Source: a virus
IMG/VR virus record: IMGVR_UViG_3300021963_000055
Coordinates: 32,001-96,000 of that record
Reading direction: 5' to 3' (one strand)
DNA length: 64,000 bases
Shown: one piece after another, positions 9,248 through 19,464 of the stretch
How the letters are laid out: each line of letters opens with the position of its first letter
Numbering within the stretch: the stretch's first letter is position 1
Notes under the pieces: generated by a model
Seen by the model: the letters and a program-made list of their open reading frames with translations, nothing else
What the model was told of the DNA's origin: nothing
The model's database searches: none
Made by a program: the position numbers and the translations under genes

Positions 9248-10633
9248 TCACATTAGGTTGATCACACGGGTTCTTCTGTAGTAAACGTTGTCGTTTGCTT
9301 GGAGAGCACCAGAACGCTGGGTAAGACCACCTGCAAATGGGTTTGCAACCATGCCGTAACGGGTCTTGAAGCCAATCTTAGGCTGGAAGGTGTCCTGACC
9401 GATAGAACGAACCATCTGGAGAGGGACATATGGGCAATAGAAGAGACCTGCATCGTATGCATTGCTTCCCTTATAACCCATTACATAGTAATGATCGTTA
9501 GAGATGTTTGCGGAATATGGATCAACATAAACCTTGATACGACCGTTGATAGTACCAGCAAGAGTAGAAACGGTGTCATCTGGGGTGTCACTGGTGTTGA
9601 GTAGTGGGGTGTAATCCATTACTTTAGCAGCAGCTAGAGCACTTGCAACGTCTGCGGAACAAACGATGAAGTTACCCTTTCCTCTACGAGTCTCATGACC
9701 GATTGCGTTTGCATCACGCTCGATCTGGAATAGTAGACCCTTGAACTTCTCAACTGACCAACGACCGTTGGAGTCAACGTCGAGGTCGAAAGTACCAGCG
9801 TTAGCTACGTTGTTCTGAGCACCAGGCTTTGCAGTTACGTAGATGGTACGTACAACTTCACGGTTGATTTCAGTTAAAATCTCTGAGCTTAGGATGTTAG
9901 CAAGCTCAGTCTCGGCATCAAGACCATGAATAGCCTTGAGGTCTTGTGCGAGTTCTAGGGTGTACTCAGCTTTTAGAGCACGGCTCTTTGCTGTTACAGT
10001 TACCTTCTCAATGCTGAAGCTCATTTCACGGAACTCGGAACCAGCTTCACCTAGAGCTTCTGCAGCGTTGGTATTCATACCACCAACTGCAGCGTAGTTG
10101 CCAGAAGCGTTAAGTACACCAGGGTTGGTTGCAGTCTCACCAGTTGCTGCAGAGTATGCACCACCAGCAGCAGAGTAACCAGAAGGAACTTCGTTGAAGA
10201 AGGTCTCGTTATCGAATACGTTTGGAGTAGCACCGTTACCGTTACGGTCAGTACCACGATGAGCACGCATTGCGAAGATGAGTCCAGTAGGACCGCTCAT
10301 TGGCTGAACACCGCAAATGTCATAAGCAATTAGCTTAGGCATGGAACGGCGGATTAGGCTGATTAGAACTGGATCGAAACCAGCAACTGGACCGCCAGCA
10401 GCAGCGCCGCCAGAGAAACCATGTGCTCCTGCACCTGCACCACCTGCAGTGAAGGAACCAGTGCTGTTAGCAGCTACTTCGGAAAGAACGCCACGCTCTT
10501 CACGAAGGAAAGACTCTTGGTTCTCAAGGAGAACTGCAGTTACTGCCTTACGATATCTGTCTGTAATTGGGTTTAGATCGTTATGCTCCAGAATAGGAGC
10601 CCATTTTCTTTGTAGCTGTTCTGAATTAAACAT
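9248..10633 (-). CDS. gp23: Major capsid protein gp23
   Basis: LLENQE, FDPVLISLIRRSMP, GVQPMSGPTGLIFAMR, SRALKAEY, FQPKIGFKTRYG. Confidence 0.99.
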   Translation of the reverse strand: MFNSEQLQRKWAPILEHNDLNPITDRYRKAVTAVLLENQESFLREERGVLSEVAANSTGSFTAGGAGAGAHGFSGGAAAGGPVAGFDPVLISLIRRSMPKLIAYDICGVQPMSGPTGLIFAMRAHRGTDRNGNGATPNVFDNETFFNEVPSGYSAAGGAYSAATGETATNPGVLNASGNYAAVGGMNTNAAEALGEAGSEFREMSFSIEKVTVTAKSRALKAEYTLELAQDLKAIHGLDAETELANILSSEILTEINREVVRTIYVTAKPGAQNNVANAGTFDLDVDSNGRWSVEKFKGLLFQIERDANAIGHETRRGKGNFIVCSADVASALAAAKVMDYTPLLNTSDTPDDTVSTLAGTINGRIKVYVDPYSANISNDHYYVMGYKGSNAYDAGLFYCPYVPLQMVRSIGQDTFQPKIGFKTRYGMVANPFAGGLTQRSGALQANDNVYYRRTRVINLM

Positions 10634-10681
10634 TGGGGGTTAACTCCTTGGTTGTTAAATTTATTGTTAGGAATCTATTAA

Positions 10682-10689
10682 TATTTATA
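10682..10689 (-). promoter_or_regulatory. T4 late promoter TATAAATA for g23
   Basis: Exact consensus (plus tatttata) in the g22-g23 intergenic region. Confidence 0.85.
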
Positions 10690-10702
10690 AAAATCTAGAC
10701 TA

Positions 10703-11851
10703 TCACTGAGCCCATCTGGAAACAGCATTTACATATGCTGCCATTGGTCCCTCATAGAAGTCTTGATTCTTTTCAACGAGGTCTTCCACATAATTAGACT
10801 GAACTCTTGGGAAATAATTTTCCTTAATAGTTTCAATCTTGTCACGGAAAGATTCTTCACTAATAAACTCAACACCTTCTGCAAGGTTGAACATCTTTTC
10901 CTTTTGTGTTTCTGCTAGACCTTCGGATACTTCTGCAATAATTCCATGTTTAATATAGGATCCGATTTCTTGGTTTAGTTCAACATTAACTTCAATCTGT
11001 TCGTTGAGTTTTTCCTCCATCTCATCTAGTTTAGCTGCCATTTCGGCAACTACATCTTGTTGCTCTTCTGGAAGATCAATGTTGTTCTCCATGAAGAGGT
11101 TTGCAAGACCTTGCATTAGATTTTCAGCAATTTCGGTCTTGATGCCGTTGTCAATAGAAAGCTGGTTCTCAGCAATCCACTGTTCAGCAACATAATCAAG
11201 GTGAGCGTCTACACGAGTCTCTAGGGACTCAGCAATCTCTTCAATTTCCTCGATTAGACGCTGTTCGTATAGTGCCTCAAACTTTTGAACTTCTTCAACA
11301 ACTTTAGCCTTTACTGCTGCTTCAAAAATAGTTGCAGCCTTTTGCATAAAGTGCTCGGAGAGTTCTTCTCCGTAGAAGAGTGCATTGAGATCGTCGGTAA
11401 TATCGACTTCAATCTCTTCTGCCTTCATTTCTGTTTTTTCTTTCTTGGAAGACTTTTTCTTGCCTTCCTTTTCATCTTCTTCATCCTCATCTTCATCTTC
11501 ATCCTTTTCGTACTCACCTTCAGCAAGTAGTTCATCATCCTCTAGTTCCTCTTCTTCTCTCATTCCTTTTTGGCCTGGAGCGGAACCTTGGAGATGTGGC
11601 ATTGTATCTGGAGACTTAGCTCCAGCATTTACTTTAGAAGATGACTTCTTTACTCTGGAAGAAGCTTTTTTGCCAATTTCATCACCTTCTGGCTTAGTTG
11701 TGGAAGAACCACCTAACTCTTCTGGTGATGCACCCTGTCCAGGAGTGCTGTGCTGTAATTTTTGCATACGGTCTCCTGGTTTAGCGTGAGCAGTGACAAC
11801 GTTTCCTTCTTCTAGAAATTCGTCAAATTCTGTATTTAATACATTGGACAT
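10703..11851 (-). CDS. gp22: Prohead core scaffold protein gp22
   Basis: Acidic coiled coil, KAATIFEAAV, LDYVAEQW, IKENYF; between g21 and g23. Confidence 0.93.
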   Translation of the reverse strand: MSNVLNTEFDEFLEEGNVVTAHAKPGDRMQKLQHSTPGQGASPEELGGSSTTKPEGDEIGKKASSRVKKSSSKVNAGAKSPDTMPHLQGSAPGQKGMREEEELEDDELLAEGEYEKDEDEDEDEEDEKEGKKKSSKKEKTEMKAEEIEVDITDDLNALFYGEELSEHFMQKAATIFEAAVKAKVVEEVQKFEALYEQRLIEEIEEIAESLETRVDAHLDYVAEQWIAENQLSIDNGIKTEIAENLMQGLANLFMENNIDLPEEQQDVVAEMAAKLDEMEEKLNEQIEVNVELNQEIGSYIKHGIIAEVSEGLAETQKEKMFNLAEGVEFISEESFRDKIETIKENYFPRVQSNYVEDLVEKNQDFYEGPMAAYVNAVSRWAQ

Positions 11852-11889
11852 CGAAAAAACCCTCTAGAATATGTGATATTTTCTACTAT

Positions 11890-11896
11890 TATTTAT
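11890..11896 (-). promoter_or_regulatory. Late promoter (ATAAATA) for g22
   Basis: tatttat on plus, overlapping the g21 stop. Confidence 0.6.
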
Positions 11897-12546
11897 GAAA
11901 TTTTGATATTACGGAGAAAACTTTCAAAAACTTGTAGTTTTCTTTCAGTTAAACTATTAGAAGATGCGTTATTAATTGCTCGTCTGTAACTATTAATTAC
12001 CTTTTCTTCTAACATACCATTGTTCCAAATCCACTCTTTGCCTTCCATAATGCCTTGTACAAAAGCATCTGGAGCAGAAGGATCCGCAACAATGTCTGCA
12101 GCAGTAGATAACATAAAGTCATCTTTCACTACATTTACTCCATTCCTTTCCTCAATAGATCCAATACCTCTTGAGGAAACTCCGAGTGTAACTCCAGACT
12201 CAAGGAGAGACTTAGCGATTTTACCCATAGGAGTTTCTAGAATTTGAGCTTTCCCAATGAAGTTTGTTCCTTCTGCACGGAGAGAAACAATCTTATGGGA
12301 TACTCGATCTAGATTGATTGTTGGGCTATCTGGATGTCCCAGTTCACCTAGAGCACGACCCTTGGCAACGTAGTTCTCATTGTATGAGCCTACCTCTCTA
12401 TTGAGAGTTTCCATGGGATACATTCGACCATTGCGGTTCTTTAGTTCCGCTTGAAGAAATACTCCTTCAATATATAGGTTCTTTTTACCACCTCTTTCTT
12501 CGGTGATAACTTTAATGTTTTCTATAGTTTCTGTGATTAGTTTCAT
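11893..12546 (-). CDS. gp21: Prohead protease gp21
   Basis: IEGVFLQAE, NRNGRMYP, GELGHP, GVSSRGIGS, DIVADPSAPDAFV. Confidence 0.98.
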   Translation of the reverse strand: MKLITETIENIKVITEERGGKKNLYIEGVFLQAELKNRNGRMYPMETLNREVGSYNENYVAKGRALGELGHPDSPTINLDRVSHKIVSLRAEGTNFIGKAQILETPMGKIAKSLLESGVTLGVSSRGIGSIEERNGVNVVKDDFMLSTAADIVADPSAPDAFVQGIMEGKEWIWNNGMLEEKVINSYRRAINNASSNSLTERKLQVFESFLRNIKIS

Positions 12547-12791
12547 TGTTCGTACTCTTCTTCTGGTACTTCGTCCCCATCATCTTCATATTCAACTACA
12601 GATTCACTACCGTCATAATAATCATCATCTTCTTCATAATTATTAGATGCAAACATATTTTGTGCAATTTCAATTTTTCTCATCCCAATCTTTTCGGAAG
12701 TTTTTCCAAAAAGTGAATCATAGATTTTTTCATTTGCATTTACATTATTTCTAGCAATAATGCTATCAACAATTTCCTGTGCCAAAGACAT
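12543..12791 (-). CDS. Small acidic prohead core protein (gp67/gp68 position)
   Basis: Acidic C-terminus; between portal and protease; own ATAAATA at 12826-12832. Confidence 0.55.
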   Translation of the reverse strand: MSLAQEIVDSIIARNNVNANEKIYDSLFGKTSEKIGMRKIEIAQNMFASNNYEEDDDYYDGSESVVEYEDDGDEVPEEEYEQ

Positions 12792-12831
12792 AAAAACTCC
12801 AATAATGTATAAAAATTACAATAACTATTTA

Positions 12832-14502
12832 TTAAAATTTAGCTCTTCCATAATCGGAAGGAGAGATGTAATTTTTAAATTGTGCATCTACTCCACCTCC
12901 TGCGGGACCTGCTTCACCTGATGCTGATTGATCAGTTGGAATTTGTTGGTCTTGACCTGGAGGTAATGCATCTCCACCCATTCCCTGATCCATCATCAGT
13001 GCGTTAGGATCTTGAATAATTCCAAGTTCCTTTTCTTTATCAATTTGCATATCAATTTCTTCAATCTCATCATCAGTTTGCTTGAGAATTTGTCTGCGAA
13101 CATATTCAACAGAGAAATACTTACCGAGATATGGTTCTACCTGATTAACAATGGCTAGTCTATCATTTAAAATTTCTGAATTTTTTAACTCAGTGAAATG
13201 ATTGTCAAAGATATAATCATACTGAATAAATTCCTTCATTTCTTCCCAATCATCTGCAGTGATGATTCCTTTGAGAAGAAGTTGAGTTCTGAGAAGATCA
13301 TGAAATAGATCACTAAAACGCTTACGAAGTCTTCCGACAAATTTAGCAAACTTAAGTTCATCACGAGTGATTTCGTTAGTTCTACCGATGGTAAATGAAC
13401 TTTCTTGCTCTAGTCTTGAAAGAGGAATATTTAGTGACTTATAAAGTTTCTTTTGGAAATACTTGACATCCTCAAGTTCTCCAAGATTTTGTCCCCCAGG
13501 AAGAGTTGTGATTTCTGTACCACGGCCACCTTCTCTTCTTGGTAGCCAAAAATCTTCAAGCATACTTAGATGCTTACGATCATCACGAATTTCTCCAGTT
13601 GCAGAGTCATAAACTAGCTTGTTTCTGTATCTACCCATGACTTCTCTGAGGTACTGTTCTGCCTTAACTTTAGGTAGATTACCCACGTCAATATAAAAGA
13701 TTCTACGTTCTGGAGCACGAGATAATCTGTAAATTACTAGAGAGTCTTCGATCATTCTAAGTTGATTTACAGACTTAATAGCCTTATAAAGATAACTTAG
13801 AACCATATTTCTATTATGATCATATAAACCAGATGGAACATAGGTTATAGCATCATTAGAAATTTTGATACCGTTTGCATCAGAACCTTTGTATCCTCTT
13901 GGGAAATAAATGTAGTATTCAATAAACTCACCATAGTCATACTTCTGACCTTCCATGGTGGTTAGTGAATCTACATTTTTCTGTCTTTTAATTTCTCTAA
14001 CTCTTTTTATTTTAAGTGAGTCAATATATCTTAATTCTTTAATTCCTTCTTTTGGTTTATCGAAGTCAATAATTTTATGGTAATATAGTCTTCCATCAAT
14101 ATACCAGCGACGGAAGATGTTATGACATTTTTTATCAAAATTTAAAAGTCTTAGAAGATTTCCAAACTCTTCTTTGATTGATTTTTTAATTTTATCACTC
14201 GCTTGAAGATTTGAAAGTTCTACTGATACTGGAGCAAAATCTAAATCACTACTGATAGCTTCATTAATAATATCATCAATAGCGCCATCAATTTCTGGAT
14301 GTAGAGCAATTTCTCTATATTTTCTAACCAGCTCAAATTCGTTATTATGTTGACCAACACCATCTAAATCTAGGTACTGACCAAAATAGGCACCTGCAGC
14401 AACTACTGAGGTGCCATCATCATCATTAGGTGGCGCTGGTGAAAACGCTTTTGCTGGTTTCTTCTTTCTATCCTCAATTGAGAAACCAAATAACTGGGTC
14501 AT
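12832..14502 (-). CDS. gp20: Portal vertex protein gp20
   Basis: RRWYIDGR, NQLRMIEDSLVIYRLSRAPERRIFYIDVGNLP, EDFWLPRREGGRGTEITTLPG. Confidence 0.99.
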   Translation of the reverse strand: MTQLFGFSIEDRKKKPAKAFSPAPPNDDDGTSVVAAGAYFGQYLDLDGVGQHNNEFELVRKYREIALHPEIDGAIDDIINEAISSDLDFAPVSVELSNLQASDKIKKSIKEEFGNLLRLLNFDKKCHNIFRRWYIDGRLYYHKIIDFDKPKEGIKELRYIDSLKIKRVREIKRQKNVDSLTTMEGQKYDYGEFIEYYIYFPRGYKGSDANGIKISNDAITYVPSGLYDHNRNMVLSYLYKAIKSVNQLRMIEDSLVIYRLSRAPERRIFYIDVGNLPKVKAEQYLREVMGRYRNKLVYDSATGEIRDDRKHLSMLEDFWLPRREGGRGTEITTLPGGQNLGELEDVKYFQKKLYKSLNIPLSRLEQESSFTIGRTNEITRDELKFAKFVGRLRKRFSDLFHDLLRTQLLLKGIITADDWEEMKEFIQYDYIFDNHFTELKNSEILNDRLAIVNQVEPYLGKYFSVEYVRRQILKQTDDEIEEIDMQIDKEKELGIIQDPNALMMDQGMGGDALPPGQDQQIPTDQSASGEAGPAGGGVDAQFKNYISPSDYGRAKF

Positions 14503-14525
14503 AATAATCCTATAACTCTTTTATG

Positions 14526-14532
14526 TATTTAG
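14526..14532 (-). promoter_or_regulatory. Late promoter (CTAAATA) for g20
   Basis: tatttag on plus, 23 nt before the start. Confidence 0.6.
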
Positions 14533-14534
14533 TA

Positions 14535-15170
14535 TCAAGATAAAGACTTGGATGTAGCTTCAAAGAAATTATACTGGAACTCTACAGTGAATTCCTCGAT
14601 TTGATCATTTGCTTCAAAAGAAAGATCAATTGAAGAAATTGCTGAAGGCCATGCATCATAAAATTTATATGCACGAATAACTTCTAGTTCAGCACCTTCT
14701 CCATTATTTGGATTAGCTGGAGTCTTGCTAGGGTTTTGATTATCTCTACTGAGCTGAAATACAGTCATATCTGCACAATATGACTTACCTCCATCACTTC
14801 CGTACCCTAATTGAGACGCATTTTCAGTGAGGGCATTGATACCTCTTGACCATGCTTCAAATGCTTGTCTAATTTCAAAGCTACCATCATTAATAATTGT
14901 CACAGACCATGGTTCAAAAGTTCTGTCTCCAGCAACTTTTAACATTCTTCCACGGAAGGGAACTTCAATTGTTCCAATATTTGAAGAGGGAATCTGAGCA
15001 GTTTTTACTAAAAATTCTGCTTGCTTTTGAAGATTTTGTGCAGTTTGCACATTTCCAATATCAACAATTTGAGAAATAGATGTTGGAAATGTTAACCTAA
15101 CTAGAAATAGATTAGGTCTTGCACCACCCTTTTTTAATTGTGATTTAAATTCTGTAATACTCTTAGCCAT
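14535..15170 (-). CDS. gp19: Tail tube protein gp19
   Basis: GGARPNLF, PFRGRMLKVAGDRTFEPW, IEEFTVEFQY. Confidence 0.97.
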   Translation of the reverse strand: MAKSITEFKSQLKKGGARPNLFLVRLTFPTSISQIVDIGNVQTAQNLQKQAEFLVKTAQIPSSNIGTIEVPFRGRMLKVAGDRTFEPWSVTIINDGSFEIRQAFEAWSRGINALTENASQLGYGSDGGKSYCADMTVFQLSRDNQNPSKTPANPNNGEGAELEVIRAYKFYDAWPSAISSIDLSFEANDQIEEFTVEFQYNFFEATSKSLS

Positions 15171-15204
15171 TGTTTTCTCCTAGATGGTTTACAAAATAGA
15201 ATAA

Positions 15205-17490
15205 TTACTGAGTTAGTTCGCTAAATGAAACGCCAGTTCTCGTGGCTATAAAAGTGATGGTGATGTAATTAATACTTCTAGCAGGTTTAATGTAAATCTC
15301 AGCATTAAATTCATTTCTATCAATTACATCTGCACTATTATTGGTTTCATCACATATTACAAGGAAATCGTAAATTCCTCTTCTTCCTTGTACTCCTCTA
15401 AGATAAGGCTCAACAGCAGCTTTGAAAGAACTTCTAGTTATTTCATCATTAATTTCAAATAATTGGAATTTGGAGAATGTAGCAACATTCTTTTCAAGTT
15501 CAATGAAGAGTCTGCGAACATTAATTCTGCTAAAAGCACTAGGGGAAGATAACGCAGTTTTATCACCAAATAAAACAATTCCTTGCCCTGGGAAAGAAAC
15601 AATAGGATTAATTCTATTTGTATAAAGTCTATCTCTTTCACTTTGTTTTGGTGAGTATGCAAGTTTAGTTGCATTTTTTAAGTTTCCTCTATTGTAACCT
15701 GCTGGAGAGAACCAAGTTTCAGAATTAATAGTGGTACTAATGCAAAGACCCGCAACATCAGCAGCACAAGGGACATAACGATAGGTATCATTAAATTTAT
15801 CATAAATGTATTTGTATCCAGAATCAAAAATTGCAAATGAACTACTTGCTAGACCACTGAAAAAATCAATTATAGCTTCAGTTTTTATTGAACTAGCTGA
15901 ACTATTAATAACGTCACTTCTTCTTGGAGAAATTACTGCCATGCAATCTTTTCTTGAAGATGCAATATCAATAAGTTTGGAAGCTCTCTCTACGCTAATT
16001 TTTCCAGGAATTAAAAAGTCGATATCATTAAATCCTTCAGAATCTCTTAAAAGTTCATACGCATTGGTGGTTGCAGATTCAATATCTGCAAGATCAGTAG
16101 TAAATTCATAATCTTTACCGCCACTTAAGCTAAATCCAAGTGTAGGTGAATAGTTGATAGATGAAATTAATGAATATAATTTATTTGCACTATTTGTTTC
16201 TCCAATAGATGCAGTTGAATTTGCAGGACCTTCTAAGTTAATTTTTGAATTGCCAATAAAATCTAAACCAGCTCCAAATCCTGGGAAAATATATTTGGAT
16301 TTCTCTGCAATTGCTGAGTGAAAATAAACAAGAGAACCATCTAATGTACTTGCATCTTTTGCTTTAGAAACAAATAAATATTTTTCTAAAATTGTGTTTG
16401 GGACGCCAGTAATAACGCCATCTTCATCTAAAACCAAAATGTGCATTTCATCAAATTTACCGCCTTTACTGGCAACTGAAGATGAAGTTCCTGGTTGTGG
16501 TGCTACTTCTCTCCACTTAAGACCAGAAGCATACTCAAGAGAATCATAATATGTATTATCTACTGAAATAATATCTCCAGCAGCAATTAAGGTTGTTGGG
16601 GTATCAGCATTATCAGTGATGCTATAATTATTAAATGCAGAACTTGGAACTCTTTCTGTGCTCTTATTTAAAACAATATAAAATTTATTAGTAGTAGTAT
16701 CTACTTTATAAACCCATCCAGTTCCTACTTTAGTTGCTCCATTTTTGATTACAATAGCATCTCCTGGTGTGACTGTAGGATCGACAACAACTCCAGTTAC
16801 TGTTAGTGTAATATTATTTGCTGGGGCAGCTCCACCGACATCAGAACCTAAAATAGTAATTGTATCATTGACAACAAAATTTTCTCCACCTGTTATAGTT
16901 ACAGTATAAACATTTCCTGCAGATACTTCAACATTTAAAATTGCTCCTGTTCCAGATCCATTGGTAGTATATGCAACATTTGGATATGAAGCAGCACCAC
17001 CAGTTGCAGTTCCAGTAGTTGTAAATGTAGTAATTTTTCCAGTTGTTGCAGCGTAATTAATTATTTGATCTGCACCGTGATCAACTGCAACCACTCTGAG
17101 TGAATTTAATTTTTCCCCTGCAGTTCTACCTGCAAACTTAAATGCTGTACCATTATAGTTATCAAAATCAAATTTACTCTTAATAGTAAAATTTGATAAT
17201 CCAGTATCAGAAGATGAATTTAAAGTGATATTTGAACCACTTGGTCTAATTACTGCAGCAATTCCGCCATATTCGATAATAGTTGATGCGGCAAACCAAG
17301 ATTCATAATTATAATCATTTGGTCTGCCAAATGTATCTACTAATTCTCTTTCGCTAGAAATAAAAGTTACTGTATCTACAGGACCAGTTTCTGCAGCGAT
17401 TACGACTGCACCAACGTTCTGATCAGATACATTAACTATTGGAGTTAAATCAATTTCTTTAATGGATACTCCAGGTGAAGCAAACGCCAT
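15205..17490 (-). CDS. gp18: Tail sheath protein gp18
   Basis: SPGVSIKEIDLT, WFSPAGYNRG, FGDKT, RINVRRLF, IKPARSINYI. Confidence 0.98.
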   Translation of the reverse strand: MAFASPGVSIKEIDLTPIVNVSDQNVGAVVIAAETGPVDTVTFISSERELVDTFGRPNDYNYESWFAASTIIEYGGIAAVIRPSGSNITLNSSSDTGLSNFTIKSKFDFDNYNGTAFKFAGRTAGEKLNSLRVVAVDHGADQIINYAATTGKITTFTTTGTATGGAASYPNVAYTTNGSGTGAILNVEVSAGNVYTVTITGGENFVVNDTITILGSDVGGAAPANNITLTVTGVVVDPTVTPGDAIVIKNGATKVGTGWVYKVDTTTNKFYIVLNKSTERVPSSAFNNYSITDNADTPTTLIAAGDIISVDNTYYDSLEYASGLKWREVAPQPGTSSSVASKGGKFDEMHILVLDEDGVITGVPNTILEKYLFVSKAKDASTLDGSLVYFHSAIAEKSKYIFPGFGAGLDFIGNSKINLEGPANSTASIGETNSANKLYSLISSINYSPTLGFSLSGGKDYEFTTDLADIESATTNAYELLRDSEGFNDIDFLIPGKISVERASKLIDIASSRKDCMAVISPRRSDVINSSASSIKTEAIIDFFSGLASSSFAIFDSGYKYIYDKFNDTYRYVPCAADVAGLCISTTINSETWFSPAGYNRGNLKNATKLAYSPKQSERDRLYTNRINPIVSFPGQGIVLFGDKTALSSPSAFSRINVRRLFIELEKNVATFSKFQLFEINDEITRSSFKAAVEPYLRGVQGRRGIYDFLVICDETNNSADVIDRNEFNAEIYIKPARSINYITITFIATRTGVSFSELTQ

Positions 17491-17524
17491 GTTTATTACC
17501 TCTATGAGATTTTTTTCTCAAAAC

Positions 17525-17535
17525 TATTTATTTAT
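17525..17535 (-). promoter_or_regulatory. Late promoter(s) (ATAAATAAATA) for g18
   Basis: tatttatttat on plus in the g17-g18 gap. Confidence 0.65.
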
Positions 17536-17550
17536 CTTTATATTTTGAGG

Positions 17551-19227
17551 TTACTTATATTCCCACATGTAAGCCATATCGCCATACTCATCAACATTCC
17601 ATTTACTATCAGTAGCAGAAGTCCAATAATCTCCTTTTGTATCTATAAAAGTAGTTTCATCATCAGTTAAGCCATCTAGTATAAAACCAAATGGAGCCAT
17701 ATCCTGTTCAATAGCCTCTCTTTGGTCTTCAAAAATTCTTTTTCTGACATCATTTGAAGTAAGCTCTCTAAAGTAAGGTTGAGTGGATAGCCAGGAAAAA
17801 ATCACAAGACACATGGCAAGGTCATCGTTACATCCTTCTTCTGCATTAAAGGTATCACTTTTTTGAATGAACGTAGTAAGCTCACTAATAATATCGTAAT
17901 CAGGAATCAATAATTTATCATCTTCAATCAATGCTTTCAGATTAGCACATCCATACTTTTTGACAGCTTTAGTCATCTTGACTCCTAACTGTGCTTTATT
18001 GGAAAACCCAGTGCCAACTAATTGTCCAGCACGACCTTTCATTGCACACATAAGCAAGTTATCATATTCAAGATCAAACTGAAGAATATCTGCCACTTGT
18101 CCTCCAATATCATTAACTTCAACAAGTACGTTAGCGTTGTTGTAATTTTTACCTACGGTATCAATAATATTAGGGAACAATATTGGTTTGATTTCGTTGT
18201 TTTTATATTTTGCTACTAATTTATATGGAATAGTAGTTACATCAATCACAGCAAATGCAGAGTAATCATTTCCAACTCCTCGTGCAACGTCAACAGTCAT
18301 AACATAGTCATGACCTTCTATTACGTCTTCATATACATCCAATCCACCACTTCTCTTTAGTGGATCTTCATAAACCATAGAACGAAGTTTATTTGGATTA
18401 ATGAGAGTATCAACAGATCCTAGGAAGGTACATTCAAATTCTTGCTCAAACTGTCGTTGAGAAGTGTTTGCAATAGTTTCTTCTTTCCATTTTTGGTCTC
18501 TACCTGGAACATCCCACCAATTAACTTCAAGTGGAGTGTAACTGTTTTTTCCTCGTTCTGCATCATGCCAAAACTTGTAGAACATGTTCATTCCATTTGG
18601 TGTGGAAATGATAATAACTTTAGTTGTCTTACCAGATGAAATGGTTGGATATACAGAGCTAAAGAACTGTTCTGCAATATGGTTTGGAATGAATGCAAAC
18701 TCATCCAAAAAGATGATGTTAAAAGAGTTCCCTCGGACAGCAGATGATGAGGTAGATGCAGCAATAATTTTAGATCCGTTCTCTAGCTCCAGTGAGCCAC
18801 GGTTCCAAGAACCCACGCCCTGCTGTAACCATTTGGGTAGATTTTCATAGGATAACTGCAATCTGGATAGAAGTTCCCTTGAGGTCTCTGCTTTATTTGC
18901 AAGAATAGCTATTTTTACGTTTGGGTTGAAAAGTGCATAGTGCAACAGGTAGGAAACCACAGTAGTTGATTTCCCTGTCTGTCTTGGAAGCTTTGCAATA
19001 TTGAATCTATGTTTATGAAAATTATCAATTAATCTTTCTTGAAATTCCCACATTTTAAAAGGTACTAGACCTTCATCAAGAGAAACAATTTTAATATACT
19101 TTTTGGCAAAGTAAATTGGGTCTTCTTGACACTTCAAATATTCTTCTAATTGTTCAGAAGTAAATTGTATTTGTACATTAGAAGGTTTTAGGTTGGGATT
19201 ACCCTTATAACTAGATTTATCACTCAT
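17551..19227 (-). CDS. gp17: Terminase large subunit gp17
   Basis: PRQTGKST, FLDEFAF, ISTPNG, DVARGVGNDYSA, DDLAM. Confidence 0.98.
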   Translation of the reverse strand: MSDKSSYKGNPNLKPSNVQIQFTSEQLEEYLKCQEDPIYFAKKYIKIVSLDEGLVPFKMWEFQERLIDNFHKHRFNIAKLPRQTGKSTTVVSYLLHYALFNPNVKIAILANKAETSRELLSRLQLSYENLPKWLQQGVGSWNRGSLELENGSKIIAASTSSSAVRGNSFNIIFLDEFAFIPNHIAEQFFSSVYPTISSGKTTKVIIISTPNGMNMFYKFWHDAERGKNSYTPLEVNWWDVPGRDQKWKEETIANTSQRQFEQEFECTFLGSVDTLINPNKLRSMVYEDPLKRSGGLDVYEDVIEGHDYVMTVDVARGVGNDYSAFAVIDVTTIPYKLVAKYKNNEIKPILFPNIIDTVGKNYNNANVLVEVNDIGGQVADILQFDLEYDNLLMCAMKGRAGQLVGTGFSNKAQLGVKMTKAVKKYGCANLKALIEDDKLLIPDYDIISELTTFIQKSDTFNAEEGCNDDLAMCLVIFSWLSTQPYFRELTSNDVRKRIFEDQREAIEQDMAPFGFILDGLTDDETTFIDTKGDYWTSATDSKWNVDEYGDMAYMWEYK

Positions 19228-19242
19228 AATATTTTATTTAAA

Positions 19243-19458
19243 TTAACAATTCCAGGCTCTTAAAGATTTATTGATTCTGCTGTTTGGATCGTTGGCTGTT
19301 TTTGAACTAGTAAGTTTCTTTTTCATACCACTCATCCTGGCACAAAATGATGCCCTGCGAGGATTGCCTACCTTTTTTGAAGGTGCCTTGAGATCGCTTC
19401 CAGGATTTTCTTTTTCGTATGAGCGGCGTCCTTTTTCATTCAGTCCGCCGCTTGGGGC
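19243..19458 (-). CDS. Startless -1-frame C-terminal module (71 aa, DUF6321-like) of the 19440-20504 gene
   Basis: APSGGLNEKGRRSYEKENPGSDLKAPSKKVGNPRRASFCARMSGMKKKLTSSKTANDPNSRINKSLRAWNC*; continues the AAWTKKSGK motif of the upstream ORF; an in-frame TAA lies two codons before the shift site. Confidence 0.75.
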   Translation of the reverse strand, partial: APSGGLNEKGRRSYEKENPGSDLKAPSKKVGNPRRASFCARMSGMKKKLTSSKTANDPNSRINKSLRAWNC

Positions 19459-19464
19459 TTTCCC
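19422..19464 (-). other. Candidate programmed -1 ribosomal frameshift signal (G_GGA_AAG plus downstream stem-loop)
   Basis: Heptamer at 19464-19458, spacer CCCCA, stem AGCGGCG (19452-19446) pairing with CGCCGCT (19428-19422). Confidence 0.65.

Noticed and set aside
9248-19227. Introns or inteins in g17, g20 or g23
   Set aside because: The ORFs are continuous and of normal length, with no splicing motifs seen.
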